This document shows, one piece after another, positions 27,682 to 37,377 of a DNA stretch of 64,000 bases (its first letter is position 1; the number at the start of each line of letters is the position of its first letter). Below the pieces are notes generated by a model. It saw nothing but the letters and a program-made list of their open reading frames with translations, had not been told where the DNA came from and made no database searches. Made by a program: the position numbers and the translations under genes. Origin of the DNA: Dysgonomonas sp. 216 (GTDB taxonomy: Bacteria > Bacteroidota > Bacteroidia > Bacteroidales > Dysgonomonadaceae); NCBI RefSeq assembly GCF_010501065.1, contig NZ_QVMM01000001.1, positions 109,083 to 173,082 on the forward strand, given 5' to 3'.

Positions 27682-30468
27682 ATGTCGGAAGAAAAAAATA
27701 TACTCATAAAAGGAGCTCGGGTAAACAATTTAAAGAATATTGATGTAGAGATACCCCGAAATAAATTTATTGTAATCACCGGTTTATCAGGGTCAGGAAA
27801 GTCTTCTCTTGCCTTCGACACTCTTTATGCCGAAGGACAGCGGCGCTATGTCGAAAGTTTGTCTTCGTATGCACGTCAGTTTTTAGGGCGTATGCATAAA
27901 CCCGAAGCCGACTATATAAAAGGCATCCCACCGGCTATTGCTATCGAACAAAAAGTTAGTTCACGCAATCCGCGTTCAACCGTAGGAACATCTACCGAAA
28001 TATATGAATATCTGCGTTTGTTGTTTGCCCGTATAGGTAAAACAATTTCACCTGTATCGGGCGAAGAGGTAAAAAAACATCAGGTAAAAGATATTGTTGA
28101 AAAAATGCTTTCGTACCCCGAAGGCACACGTTTAATGATTCTGACCCGAATAATAAAACGCGATAACCGAAGCCTGACCGAGCAACTTGATATATTATTT
28201 AAAGAAGGATTTTCCAGAATTGACGTAAATGGAGAAACCATAAGAATTGACGATTTTTTATCAGCCAAAAACAAAACAGATAACAACGAAATCTATTTAA
28301 TAATAGACCGTTTATCCTGCGAGAATGATCATGCAACTATTAGTCGTTTCTCACAGTCTGTCGAAACCGCATTTTTTGAAGGCGAAGGCGAATGTACTGT
28401 CAGATTCTACCCGGAGAGTGGAATCGAAAGTTTCACTTTTTCCAATAAATTTGAAGCCGACGGAATTCAATTCAACGAGCCTACCGATCTGAAGTTCAGC
28501 TTCAACAGCCCGATAGGAGCATGTCCCCGATGCGAAGGGTTCGGCAAGGTTATAGGAATAGACGAAAACCTTGTTGTTCCCGATAAAAGTCTTTCGATAT
28601 ATGAAGACGCCGTCGTTTGTTGGCGAGGCGATAAAATGAACGAATGGAAGCGCGAGTTTATTCAATCGTCGGCTGAATACGATTTCCCCATCCACCGCCC
28701 ATACTTTGAGTTAAGCGAAAAAGAACTTGATCTGCTATGGAAAGGGGCAACAGGAGTACACGGAATAGACGATTTCTTCCGTATGTTGGAAGAAAATCAA
28801 TACAAGATACAATATCGTGTTATGCTTGCCCGATACAGAGGGAAAACCACTTGCCCCGATTGTAAAGGAGCACGATTAAAACCGCAGGCACTATATGTAA
28901 AAATAGCAGGGAAAACAATTGCCGATTTGGTATTAATGCCCGTTACCGAGTTAAAGGATTTCTTTGAAACATTAGAACTCGACGAAACTGATGCCAAAAT
29001 AGCCAAGCGATTACTTACCGAAATAAATAACCGTATACGTTTTCTTACCAATGTTGGTTTAGGTTACCTTACTTTAAATCGACTTTCGAACTCATTATCC
29101 GGAGGAGAAAGCCAGCGTATAAATCTGGCAACATCCTTAGGTAGTAGTCTTGTAGGTTCGCTTTATATTTTGGATGAACCTAGTATCGGATTACACTCGC
29201 GCGATACCGACCTGCTCATAAAAGTTTTGCGCAATCTCCAAAACTTGGGAAATACGGTTATAGTAGTCGAACACGATGAAGAAATAATCCGTGCAGCCGA
29301 CTATATTATCGACGTGGGCCCGAAAGCAGGACGATTAGGGGGTGAGATTGTTTATCAAGGTAATCTCGCCGGACTCGAAAAGAACACCGAGAGCTATACC
29401 GTACGTTATCTGAACGGAGAAGAAACTATTGAAGTTCCCCTTTTAAGACGTAAATGGAATAACTATATTGAATTAACAGGAGCCAGACAAAATAACCTTA
29501 AAAATGTAAATGTCAAGTTTCCGCTAAATGTGATGACCGTTGTTACAGGCGTCAGCGGTTCTGGAAAATCGTCGCTCGTTTCGGACGTTCTTTACAATGC
29601 CCTGCAACGACATTATAAAGGAAACAGTGATCAGATAGTTCAATACAGCAAATTAATCGGCGACCTGAATCTTATTAAGCATGTCGAAATGGTCGACCAA
29701 AATCCGATAGGCAAATCATCGCGTTCAAATCCTGTCACTTACATTAAGGCTTACGACGAAATACGCAAACTATTTGCAGAACAAGCTTTGGCTAAACAAA
29801 TGCATTTCACGCCTGCATTTTTCTCGTTCAATGTCGATGGCGGGCGTTGCGAAGAATGTAAAGGAGAAGGCACCATAACCGTAGAGATGCAGTTTATGGC
29901 CGATATAACTCTTGAATGCGAAACATGCAAAGGTAAACGCTTTAAACAAGATGTTCTGGATGTAGAATACAGAGGCAGCTCAATATTCGATATTCTGGAG
30001 ATGACTATCGATCAGGCAATCGACTTCTTCAGCGAAGGCAAAGGAAGCACCGAGAAGAAAATAGTAAAACGATTAAAACCCTTACAGGACGTAGGACTTG
30101 GATACATAAAGCTGGGACAATCGTCATCTACTCTATCAGGTGGAGAAAATCAGCGTGTTAAACTAGCCTTTTACCTTGGAGAAGAAAAAGCCGAACCTAC
30201 CCTATTCATATTTGACGAACCAACAACAGGGCTTCACTTTCACGATATAAAGACTTTGCTTAAAGCATTTAATTCGTTAATAGACAGAGGACACACAATT
30301 CTTATCATCGAGCATAATATGGATGTAATTAAAAGTGCTGATCATATAATCGATATTGGCCCCGAAGGAGGAAAAGAAGGTGGTAATATTGTTTTTGCCG
30401 GAACACCTGAAGATCTGGTCAAATGCAAAGAATCGTATACCGGAAAATTTTTGAAAGATAAATTATAA
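27682..30468 (+). CDS. uvrA: excinuclease ABC subunit A
   Basis: Two ABC ATPase modules ([28 protein letters not shown] and [16 protein letters not shown]), zinc fingers ([19 protein letters not shown]) and the signature LSGGESQR. The ATG is at 27682; the track's 27658 is a TTG. Confidence 0.95.
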   Translation: MSEEKNILIKGARVNNLKNIDVEIPRNKFIVITGLSGSGKSSLAFDTLYAEGQRRYVESLSSYARQFLGRMHKPEADYIKGIPPAIAIEQKVSSRNPRSTVGTSTEIYEYLRLLFARIGKTISPVSGEEVKKHQVKDIVEKMLSYPEGTRLMILTRIIKRDNRSLTEQLDILFKEGFSRIDVNGETIRIDDFLSAKNKTDNNEIYLIIDRLSCENDHATISRFSQSVETAFFEGEGECTVRFYPESGIESFTFSNKFEADGIQFNEPTDLKFSFNSPIGACPRCEGFGKVIGIDENLVVPDKSLSIYEDAVVCWRGDKMNEWKREFIQSSAEYDFPIHRPYFELSEKELDLLWKGATGVHGIDDFFRMLEENQYKIQYRVMLARYRGKTTCPDCKGARLKPQALYVKIAGKTIADLVLMPVTELKDFFETLELDETDAKIAKRLLTEINNRIRFLTNVGLGYLTLNRLSNSLSGGESQRINLATSLGSSLVGSLYILDEPSIGLHSRDTDLLIKVLRNLQNLGNTVIVVEHDEEIIRAADYIIDVGPKAGRLGGEIVYQGNLAGLEKNTESYTVRYLNGEETIEVPLLRRKWNNYIELTGARQNNLKNVNVKFPLNVMTVVTGVSGSGKSSLVSDVLYNALQRHYKGNSDQIVQYSKLIGDLNLIKHVEMVDQNPIGKSSRSNPVTYIKAYDEIRKLFAEQALAKQMHFTPAFFSFNVDGGRCEECKGEGTITVEMQFMADITLECETCKGKRFKQDVLDVEYRGSSIFDILEMTIDQAIDFFSEGKGSTEKKIVKRLKPLQDVGLGYIKLGQSSSTLSGGENQRVKLAFYLGEEKAEPTLFIFDEPTTGLHFHDIKTLLKAFNSLIDRGHTILIIEHNMDVIKSADHIIDIGPEGGKEGGNIVFAGTPEDLVKCKESYTGKFLKDKL

Positions 30469-30469
30469 T

Positions 30470-30500
30470 ACAAACAGCCTGATATTCTCAGGCTGTTTGT
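30470..30500 (+). terminator. terminator hairpin after uvrA
   Basis: A 13-bp stem ACAAACAGCCTGA-TATTC-TCAGGCTGTTTGT followed by ATTT. Confidence 0.55.
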
Positions 30501-30603
30501 ATTTAACACAGAATCCTCAAGTCATTTACAGACCAAAACACTTGGCCCACTCAAAAATTTTCTTATTTTTGTATATTACGTTTAACTATTTAATGATGTT
30601 TGC

Positions 30604-31173
30604 ATGAAAGACTTTTTTTTAAGTATGGATAGCTCGCAACAGGTATATTGGTATATTGCTCTTGCTGCATCTGTTGTTTTTATTATACAAACCATAATGA
30701 CTTTTGTGGGTGCCGATACTGATACGGGAATCGATGCCGACTTCGACGGGAATCTGGATGGTGCCGGCTCTCCGTTCCAATTGTTTTCGTTACGTAACCT
30801 TGTCAATTTCCTACTAGGATTCGGATGGGCAGGAGTTACCTTATACAACAGTATAGAAAGTCAGTTTTGGCTAGGTGTTGTATCTTTCCTTATTGGAGCA
30901 GCATTCATTGCAATGTTCTTTGTAGTTATGAGAGCCTTGCTTAAACTATCGGAAGACAATAGCTTTAAAATAGAAAATACTATCGGTAAAACGGCAGATG
31001 TATATTTAACAATACCTGCCGACAAAAAAGGTAAAGGTAAAATATTTGTCAGCGTCAAAGGATCTACCCGCGAATTGCCTGCCATCACAACAGCCAAAGA
31101 AGATCTGAAAGCGGGAACCTTGGTAAAAATCACAGAATTGGAAGGCGATGTACTTGTTGTTTCACCTTTATAA
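30604..31173 (+). CDS. NfeD-like inner-membrane protein (YqiJ-like), flotillin partner
   Basis: Three predicted transmembrane segments (VYWYIALAASVVFIIQTIMTFVG, LVNFLLGFGWAGVTLY, FWLGVVSFLIGAAFIAMFFVV) are followed by a C-terminal soluble OB-like segment ADVYLTIPADKKGKGKIFVSVKGSTRELPAITTAKEDLKAGTLVKITELEGDVLVVSPL. It lies immediately upstream of a flotillin gene, as in the E. coli yqiJK pair. Confidence 0.65.
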   Translation: MKDFFLSMDSSQQVYWYIALAASVVFIIQTIMTFVGADTDTGIDADFDGNLDGAGSPFQLFSLRNLVNFLLGFGWAGVTLYNSIESQFWLGVVSFLIGAAFIAMFFVVMRALLKLSEDNSFKIENTIGKTADVYLTIPADKKGKGKIFVSVKGSTRELPAITTAKEDLKAGTLVKITELEGDVLVVSPL

Positions 31174-31226
31174 CCGAGCTGAAAAAACTCAAATAACAAA
31201 AACTCAAATAAATTTAAACACACATT

Positions 31227-32774
31227 ATGATTTTTGAAGGAATACCCAACAGTATATTGCTCATTGTTATAGCAGCAATAGCTTTATTTGTCTTTATCTC
31301 GGCAATGGTATCGAGGTATAAGCGATGTCCGTCGGATAAAATTCTCGTAGTATATGGAAAAACAGGCGGAGCCTCGGCTAAATGTATACATGGTGGTGGT
31401 GCATTTATCATTCCCGTTATTCAGGATTATGCATATCTCGACCTGAAGCCTATATCCATCGAAGCTAACCTAACCAGTGCTTTAAGTAAGCAAAACATCA
31501 GGGTAGATGTTCCTTGTCGTTTTACAATCGCCATTTCTACCGAAAAGGAGAATATGAATAATGCAGCCGAAAGGTTATTAGGCTTAACCACTTCGCAAAT
31601 ACAGGAATTGGCTAAAGACATCTTATTCGGGCAGCTACGTCTTGTTATTGCAACAATGATGATTGAAGAAATCAATTCCGACCGCGATAAATTTCTTGAT
31701 AATATATCGAAGAACGTCGACACCGAGCTTCGCAAAATAGGCCTAAAGCTTATAAACGTAAACGTTACCGACATTAATGACGAATCGGGGTATATTGATG
31801 CCCTAGGAAAAGAAGCTGCTGCAAAAGCCATTAATGAGGCTAAAATAAGCGTTGCCGAGCAGGAAAAAATCGGGGAAACAGGTAAGGCTGTAGCCGACAG
31901 AGAACGTGATGTAAAAATAGCGGAAACACACCGAGACAGGGATGTGCAGATTGCATTTGCTCAAAAAGACAGAGAAATAAGCATTGCAGGCGCAGCAAGA
32001 GACGAATCGATTGGTAAAGCAGAAGCAACAAGAGACACCCGTGTAAAAACAGCCGAAGCAAATGCCATTGCTGTAAAAGGGGAGAACACTGCAAAAATAG
32101 AAATTGCCGGATCGGACGCTCTTCGTCGTGAAAAAGAAGCCGAAGCCGCACGTGTAGCAGTTGCTGCCGAAAAAGTGCAACAGGCCAAAGCCTTGGAAGA
32201 AGCATATTTAGCTGAACAAAAAGCAGAAAATGCCCGTGCCGAAAGAGAACGTTCGACACAAAAGGCAAATGTTGTAGTTCCTGCCGAAATAGAGAAACAA
32301 AAGATCATTATTGATGCACAGGCATCTGCCGAACAGTTGAGAGAAAGAGCAAAAGGAGAAGCGGATGCAATATTCGCTAAAATGGATGCCGAAGCACGTG
32401 GATTATATGAGATATTGACCAAGCAGGCCGAAGGTTACAAAGAGATAGTAAAAGCTGCGGGAGGCGATACCACTGCCGCATATCAATTATTACTTGTTGA
32501 GAAACTTCCTGAGCTGGTTAAAACACAGGTTGAGGCTATCAAAAATATCAAGATTGATAAAATAACTGTTTGGGACTCGGCAAATGGCGGAGCAAACGGT
32601 AATACTTCTACTGCTAATTTTGTATCGGGGCTTATGAAGTCTGTACCTCCGTTGAATGACCTGTTTAATATGGCGGGAATGAATCTTCCTTCATATCTGA
32701 AAGGTGATCCTACTGAGAAAGAAAGCAACACCATTCCATTAGCTCCGAAAGAGAATATAGACAATAAGGGATAA
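31227..32774 (+). CDS. flotillin-family SPFH (band 7) protein, YqiK-like
   Basis: An N-terminal transmembrane helix, an SPFH domain (DVPCRFTIAISTEKENMNNAAERLLGLTTSQIQELAKDILFGQLRLVIATMMIEEINSDRDKF) and a long Ala/Glu/Lys-rich coiled coil (EA repeats). Confidence 0.85.
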   Translation: MIFEGIPNSILLIVIAAIALFVFISAMVSRYKRCPSDKILVVYGKTGGASAKCIHGGGAFIIPVIQDYAYLDLKPISIEANLTSALSKQNIRVDVPCRFTIAISTEKENMNNAAERLLGLTTSQIQELAKDILFGQLRLVIATMMIEEINSDRDKFLDNISKNVDTELRKIGLKLINVNVTDINDESGYIDALGKEAAAKAINEAKISVAEQEKIGETGKAVADRERDVKIAETHRDRDVQIAFAQKDREISIAGAARDESIGKAEATRDTRVKTAEANAIAVKGENTAKIEIAGSDALRREKEAEAARVAVAAEKVQQAKALEEAYLAEQKAENARAERERSTQKANVVVPAEIEKQKIIIDAQASAEQLRERAKGEADAIFAKMDAEARGLYEILTKQAEGYKEIVKAAGGDTTAAYQLLLVEKLPELVKTQVEAIKNIKIDKITVWDSANGGANGNTSTANFVSGLMKSVPPLNDLFNMAGMNLPSYLKGDPTEKESNTIPLAPKENIDNKG

Positions 32775-32792
32775 TAGATATTCCCTTACATA

Positions 32793-32824
32793 GAAACGGC
32801 TTAAATAAATGTTTAAGCCGTTTC
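32793..32824. terminator. bidirectional terminator between flotillin (+) and the gamma-CA-like gene (-)
   Basis: GAAACGGCTTAAA-TAAATG-TTTAAGCCGTTTC. The 13-bp stem is followed by TTATTT on plus and is A/T-rich on minus. Confidence 0.6.
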
Positions 32825-32840
32825 TTATTTAAGCTTCAGT

Positions 32841-33359
32841 TCAATCTTCTTTAAACCAACCCGAATACATCAGATAATTCTTAGCTATTTTCTGATTTAT
32901 TTCCTTCGCTTGGTCGGGGTCAACCTTCTTTACAAATTTGGCAGGTACACCGGCATATATACTACCGGGTTCAACCTGAGTACCACTCAGAATTACCGAT
33001 CCTGCCGCAACAATAGCACCCTCGCCAATAACAGCATGATCGAGAACTATTGCGCCCATACCTATCAGTGCACCATTCTCTATTTTTGCGCCATGTATTA
33101 CCACATTGTGACCAATAGAAACATCGTCTCCAATCTCAACAGTCGATTTTTGATATAATGTATGTAATACTGTACCATCTTGTATATTCACCCGGTTACC
33201 TATGCGAATCGAATTTACATCGCCACGTAAAACGGCATTAAACCACACACTACAGTCGTCGCCCATAATCACATCGCCTATAATGGTTGCATTATCCGCT
33301 AAATATGCGTTTTTTCCTATTTTGGGAACAAATCCCCTAACCTCTTTTATCAGTGCCAT
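32841..33359 (-). CDS. gamma-class carbonic anhydrase-like / hexapeptide-repeat protein (YrdA/PaaY family)
   Basis: Left-handed beta-helix hexapeptide repeats with the His triad context (VLHT..., IGHNVVIHG). Confidence 0.8.
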   Translation of the reverse strand: MALIKEVRGFVPKIGKNAYLADNATIIGDVIMGDDCSVWFNAVLRGDVNSIRIGNRVNIQDGTVLHTLYQKSTVEIGDDVSIGHNVVIHGAKIENGALIGMGAIVLDHAVIGEGAIVAAGSVILSGTQVEPGSIYAGVPAKFVKKVDPDQAKEINQKIAKNYLMYSGWFKED

Positions 33360-33440
33360 ATTCTTAATACTTCTTTATTTTAACTAATTCTAGCTACCTA
33401 TAATAACTACTTTATTGTAATACTTTAAAACATCTATTAT

Positions 33441-33468
33441 TTCAAAACCTGACAAATCTTACACTTTT
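33441..33468 (-). repeat. degenerate motif copy 4 (minus reading AAAGTGTAAGATTTGTCAGGTTTTGAAA)
   Basis: It shares TGTCAGGTTTTGAAA with copy 1 and GTGTAA-NN-TTTGTCAGGTTTT with copy 5. Confidence 0.5.
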
Positions 33469-33516
33469 TATAATATTTGTTTATTGCAAACCTCTTTTAC
33501 TTGTAAACCCAATACA

Positions 33517-33556
33517 TAAAAAAACCTGACAAAGTTTACACACTTGGCAGGCTTTT
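33517..33556 (-). repeat. degenerate motif copy 5 plus hairpin (minus reading GCCTGCCAAGTGTGTAAACTTTGTCAGGTTTTTTT); probable pepP terminator
   Basis: CCTGCCA...TGTCAGG forms a stem with one mismatch, followed by a T7 run on the minus strand. It lies ~80 nt past the pepP stop. Confidence 0.5.
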
Positions 33557-33633
33557 TCGTTTTATGCTGTTCACTATTATTAATCTGCAACCTCCTGCAT
33601 TATAAAGATAAAAAACAGATTATTATCCGGTTA

Positions 33634-35418
33634 TTATATAGCTTTGGTCTTTTCTTTTAACCAAACCTTTTCTTCCACATCCAAGAACGACTCCAGCCTA
33701 TCATAAACCATTTCGTGATAGTCGTTCAACCACTTTATTTCATCTTTGCTCAACATACTTTTCACAACAGGAGTTGTATCTATAGGACAAAGAGTTAAAG
33801 TTTCAAAAGCATAGAAATTACCAAACTCGGTTGTTATATCTTCCTTCGTCAATATCAGGTTCTCTATCCTAATACCATATTGACCGGCTTTATAAATACC
33901 CGGCTCGTTAGACGTAACCATTCCCGGCTGCAACGTCACAGGATTTTCATCCATACGTATACTTTGCGGGCCCTCGTGTACATTCAAAAAATGTCCTATG
34001 CCATGCCCCGTTCCGTGAAGATAATTCATGCCCTCGTTCCATAAAGCCTTACGTGCCAACACATCAATCTGGCTTCCTCGTGTTCCCTGAGGATAACGGC
34101 ACGAAGCAATACCTATATGCCCTTTCAGCACCATAGTATAATCACGCTTCATATCTTCGGTTAGTTTTCCAACAGCTACTGTACGTGTAATGTCAGTTGT
34201 TCCATCAAAATACTGAGCTCCCGAGTCTATCAATAAAACACCTTCGGGTTTTACCTGTGCCGATGTTTCGGGTGTAACATGATAGTGAACAATAGCACCA
34301 TTAGCCAGATAACCAACAATAGCGCCAAAACTTTCGCCCACAAACATAGCTTGCTGGCTTCGGTATTCTATCAATTTATTCACTATACCCAACTCCGAAA
34401 CTTCGCCTTTTGGCACAGCTTTTTCGAGCCACATAAAAAATTTAACCAAGGCTACCCCATCCCTTGTTAAAGCATTGCGAAAACCTTTAATTTCGGTTTC
34501 ATTCTTTATACTTTTCATCAAATCGGCAGGCGATGGAGTAATATCTAGTATCCGGCACGAAGAAGATATTTTATTATATAAAGCAAAAGTTATTTTATTT
34601 CCTGTAACACAGATAGTCTTATTCTGCAGTCCTGATACAAAATCGTATACTTTATTATATTCTGCAAGAATAACTCCTTCGCCTTGCAAATATTTACTTG
34701 CTTCGTCCGTCATTTTCTTCGGATCGATAAATAATATTGTTTCAGCTTTCGATATGTATGCAAAACTCACTGCTACGGGATTATACTCAACATCATTTCC
34801 TCTTATATTGAAAATCCATGCAATTGTATCAAGCGACGCAACAAGTAGCGAATCGGCATAATTTTCTTCCAGTTTTTCGCATACGGCTTTAATTTTCTTA
34901 CTCACTGATAGCCCCGAATGCTCCTCAGGGTGTATAAATATAGGGTTCTGTGGTATTTGAGGACGATCGTGCCAAATAGCATCAAAAGGATCGTAATCGC
35001 TTATCAGATGAATATTATGTTGATTTAGTTTATGAGTAAGGTTAAATGCGTCTTTAGCCGCATATACACTTCCGTCAATACCAACATATTCGCCTTCACC
35101 CAACTCCGAGACCAACCATTGTTCTATTGAAGGAGTGTGAGGCAATCCCTCACGTTGAAGCTCAAACCCCGAACCTTCGAGCTCGTTTGCCGCCTGCAAA
35201 AAATAGCGGGAGTCCGTCCACAAACTCGCTTTTTCTCTGGTTATAACTGCCGTACCGGCCGACCCGGTAAAACCACTTATCCATTCGCGCGAAGCCCAAT
35301 GCAACGCAGGATACTCGCTCAGATGAGCATCAGTGCTTGGAACGATAAAAGCATGCATACCTTTATCTTCCATAAATTTTCTCAACGCAACCAAGCGTTG
35401 ATGTATTTTATTCGACAT
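33634..35418 (-). CDS. pepP: Xaa-Pro aminopeptidase (M24B, aminopeptidase P) with N-terminal creatinase-like domains
   Basis: A 594-aa ORF with the pita-bread metal ligands (HGTGHGIGHFLNVHEGPQ, VTSNEPGIYK, GIRIENLIL). Confidence 0.85.
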   Translation of the reverse strand: MSNKIHQRLVALRKFMEDKGMHAFIVPSTDAHLSEYPALHWASREWISGFTGSAGTAVITREKASLWTDSRYFLQAANELEGSGFELQREGLPHTPSIEQWLVSELGEGEYVGIDGSVYAAKDAFNLTHKLNQHNIHLISDYDPFDAIWHDRPQIPQNPIFIHPEEHSGLSVSKKIKAVCEKLEENYADSLLVASLDTIAWIFNIRGNDVEYNPVAVSFAYISKAETILFIDPKKMTDEASKYLQGEGVILAEYNKVYDFVSGLQNKTICVTGNKITFALYNKISSSCRILDITPSPADLMKSIKNETEIKGFRNALTRDGVALVKFFMWLEKAVPKGEVSELGIVNKLIEYRSQQAMFVGESFGAIVGYLANGAIVHYHVTPETSAQVKPEGVLLIDSGAQYFDGTTDITRTVAVGKLTEDMKRDYTMVLKGHIGIASCRYPQGTRGSQIDVLARKALWNEGMNYLHGTGHGIGHFLNVHEGPQSIRMDENPVTLQPGMVTSNEPGIYKAGQYGIRIENLILTKEDITTEFGNFYAFETLTLCPIDTTPVVKSMLSKDEIKWLNDYHEMVYDRLESFLDVEEKVWLKEKTKAI

Positions 35419-35465
35419 AACTTATTATTTTATCCTTGGAATACTCTTATAACCGTCGTACACCC

Positions 35466-35813
35466 TTAAGTGTTCATTTTACAAGAGCCTGTAAACTGGG
35501 CTCCCGGTTCTATTTCGATTACACGAGTAAGAATATCGCCCATCAACATGGATGCCGAACGCAATATAACTATCTCGTTACATTGAACATTCCCTGTTAC
35601 TTTACCTAACAAATCAAGATTATAACATTCAATATCTCCTGTTACCGATCCGTTAGCGCCAACAATAATCTTTCCCTTACTTATTATATTTCCCTCAATT
35701 ACGCCATCAATGCGGATATCATCATCCGTCACCAAATTACCGGTCAAAACCGTACCCGAAGAAAGCACATTATGTATGCCGGAACTTGTTACTACTTCTT
35801 TTCGATTTAACAT
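35466..35813 (-). CDS. bactofilin (polymer-forming cytoskeletal protein, DUF583)
   Basis: A 115-aa beta-helical repeat protein, IDGVIEGNIISKGKIIVGANGSVTGDIECYNLDLLGKVTGNVQC. Confidence 0.75.
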   Translation of the reverse strand: MLNRKEVVTSSGIHNVLSSGTVLTGNLVTDDDIRIDGVIEGNIISKGKIIVGANGSVTGDIECYNLDLLGKVTGNVQCNEIVILRSASMLMGDILTRVIEIEPGAQFTGSCKMNT

Positions 35814-35896
35814 GTGAATTTAAAGTTTCAATACAAAAGCAAATGTAAAAAAAAAACTTAGCTTTGTAACACTATTACATACATTAATACCCTTAT

Positions 35897-36250
35897 ATGG
35901 AAACTTTTATTTTACTCGAAAATATAACCTTCCATGCTAATCATGGAGTCTTCCCACAAGAAAATACAGTAGGCAACACATTTATCATAAACTTAAAAAT
36001 AAAGACTTTAAGTAATAATGCATATAGCAGTGACGATTTGAATGAGACACTGAATTATGCCGAAGTTTATAACATCATAGACGAAGAGATGAAAGTTGCG
36101 TCGAAATTAATGGAACATGTTGGAGGACGTATTATAAAGCGGCTTAAATCGTACTCGCAGCAAATAGACAGTATTGAACTGAAAATATCAAAACAAAATC
36201 CTCCTGTAGGGGGACAAGTTGAATATGCAAGTATTATTTTAATAGATTAA
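35897..36250 (+). CDS. folB: 7,8-dihydroneopterin aldolase
   Basis: A 117-aa ORF with METFILLENITFHANHGVFPQENTVGNTFIINLKI; the core is ...GVFPQE... Confidence 0.8.
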   Translation: METFILLENITFHANHGVFPQENTVGNTFIINLKIKTLSNNAYSSDDLNETLNYAEVYNIIDEEMKVASKLMEHVGGRIIKRLKSYSQQIDSIELKISKQNPPVGGQVEYASIILID

Positions 36251-36253
36251 ACC

Positions 36254-36784
36254 ATGCGAAAATTAAAGATAACAGAGCTAAACAGAATATCTGTAGATGA
36301 GTTTAAAGATGTAGAAAAGATACCTCTTATTATCGTTCTCGATAATATTCGCAGTTTAAATAACATAGGTTCGGTTTTTCGCACATCCGATGCGTTTCTT
36401 ATCGAAGCTATATATTTATGTGGTATAACCGCAACCCCGCCAAATAACGAGATACACAAAACAGCTCTGGGAGCAGAAGATTCGGTAAGCTGGCTATATT
36501 TTGAGGAAACAACCGATGCCATTAAACAATTAAAGGATAAAAACTACACTGTTTTCGCTATTGAACAAGTAGAGAATAGTATACCTCTCGAAGAGGTAAA
36601 ATTGAATCCTGCCAACAAATACGCAGTAGTTTTAGGTAACGAAGTTAAGGGTGTACAGCAAAGTGTAGTGAATATGTGCGACAATTCGATAGAAATTTCT
36701 CAATACGGAACAAAACATTCGCTCAATGTGTCGGTAACAACAGGTATTATTATCTGGGATTTTTTTAAACAGCTATATAAATAA
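36254..36784 (+). CDS. SpoU/TrmH-family RNA 2'-O-methyltransferase
   Basis: IIVLDNIRSLNNIGSVFRTSDAFLIEAIYLCGITATPP...VVLGNEVKGV...ISQYGTKHSLNVSVTTGIIIW are the SPOUT motifs. Confidence 0.8.
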   Translation: MRKLKITELNRISVDEFKDVEKIPLIIVLDNIRSLNNIGSVFRTSDAFLIEAIYLCGITATPPNNEIHKTALGAEDSVSWLYFEETTDAIKQLKDKNYTVFAIEQVENSIPLEEVKLNPANKYAVVLGNEVKGVQQSVVNMCDNSIEISQYGTKHSLNVSVTTGIIIWDFFKQLYK

Positions 36785-36793
36785 AAAACGAAA

Positions 36794-36825
36794 CCCAACT
36801 AAATCGTTTAACCGAAATAGTTGGG
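36794..36825. terminator. bidirectional terminator between the spoU-family gene (+) and rplQ (-)
   Basis: An 8-bp stem CCCAACTA...TAGTTGGG with a 16-nt loop, with T-rich flanks on both strands. Confidence 0.45.
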
Positions 36826-36851
36826 CTTCCTTATCTTTCAGAAAAAGTAGC

Positions 36852-37370
36852 TTATTCTGCAGCTTCGCTTTTAGGCTCTTCTGTTGCCGGAGTTTCAGCT
36901 TGTTCAGCTTTTGGTTCTTCAACAGGAGCAGCTTCTTTTTTCTTTGCAGCAGCAGAACGGCGAGTTCTACCTTTAGAAGCAGCTTTTTTCTCTTTCAACA
37001 TGTTTTCGTTATAGTCAACCAACTCGATAAAACACATAGAAGCGTTGTCTCCTAAACGGTTACCTGTTTTGATAATACGGGTATAACCTCCGGGACGGTC
37101 TCCTACTTTTTGTGAGATGTTTTGGAACAACTCAGTAACAGCTGTTTTACTTTGAAGAGTTTGGAAAACTACACGCCTTGAATGTGTAGTATCTTCTTTC
37201 GACTTAGTGATAATAGGCTCGATAACTTTTTTCAATGCTTTAGCCTTAGCCACAGTCGTAAAGATTCTTTTATTAGGACTAATAATCAAAGATACACACA
37301 TGTTAGATAACATGGCTTCTCTGTGAGTCTTAGTACGGCCTAAGTGATTGAATTTTTTATTATGTCTCAT
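36852..37370 (-). CDS. rplQ: 50S ribosomal protein L17 with a C-terminal Ala/Glu/Lys-rich extension
   Basis: [29 protein letters not shown]...; the tail reads [29 protein letters not shown]. Confidence 0.95.
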   Translation of the reverse strand: MRHNKKFNHLGRTKTHREAMLSNMCVSLIISPNKRIFTTVAKAKALKKVIEPIITKSKEDTTHSRRVVFQTLQSKTAVTELFQNISQKVGDRPGGYTRIIKTGNRLGDNASMCFIELVDYNENMLKEKKAASKGRTRRSAAAKKKEAAPVEEPKAEQAETPATEEPKSEAAE

Positions 37371-37377
37371 CGCTTAA

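Noticed and set aside
31803-32422. Several long antisense or overlapping ORFs inside the flotillin gene (31840..32268, 31961..32422, 31803..32180 minus).
   Set aside because: They are products of the Ala/Glu/Lys-rich coiled-coil repeat region, where GC-rich triplet periodicity keeps all frames open. Their sequences are low-complexity (poly-L/F/C/A) with no recognisable features.
33358-33360. A one-nucleotide discrepancy between my hand-counted position of the gamma-CA start codon (CAT at 33358-33360) and the ORF-track end (33359).
   Set aside because: Most likely my own indexing slip. ORF-track coordinates were kept for CDS features, and my hand-derived coordinates carry a stated ±1-2 nt tolerance.
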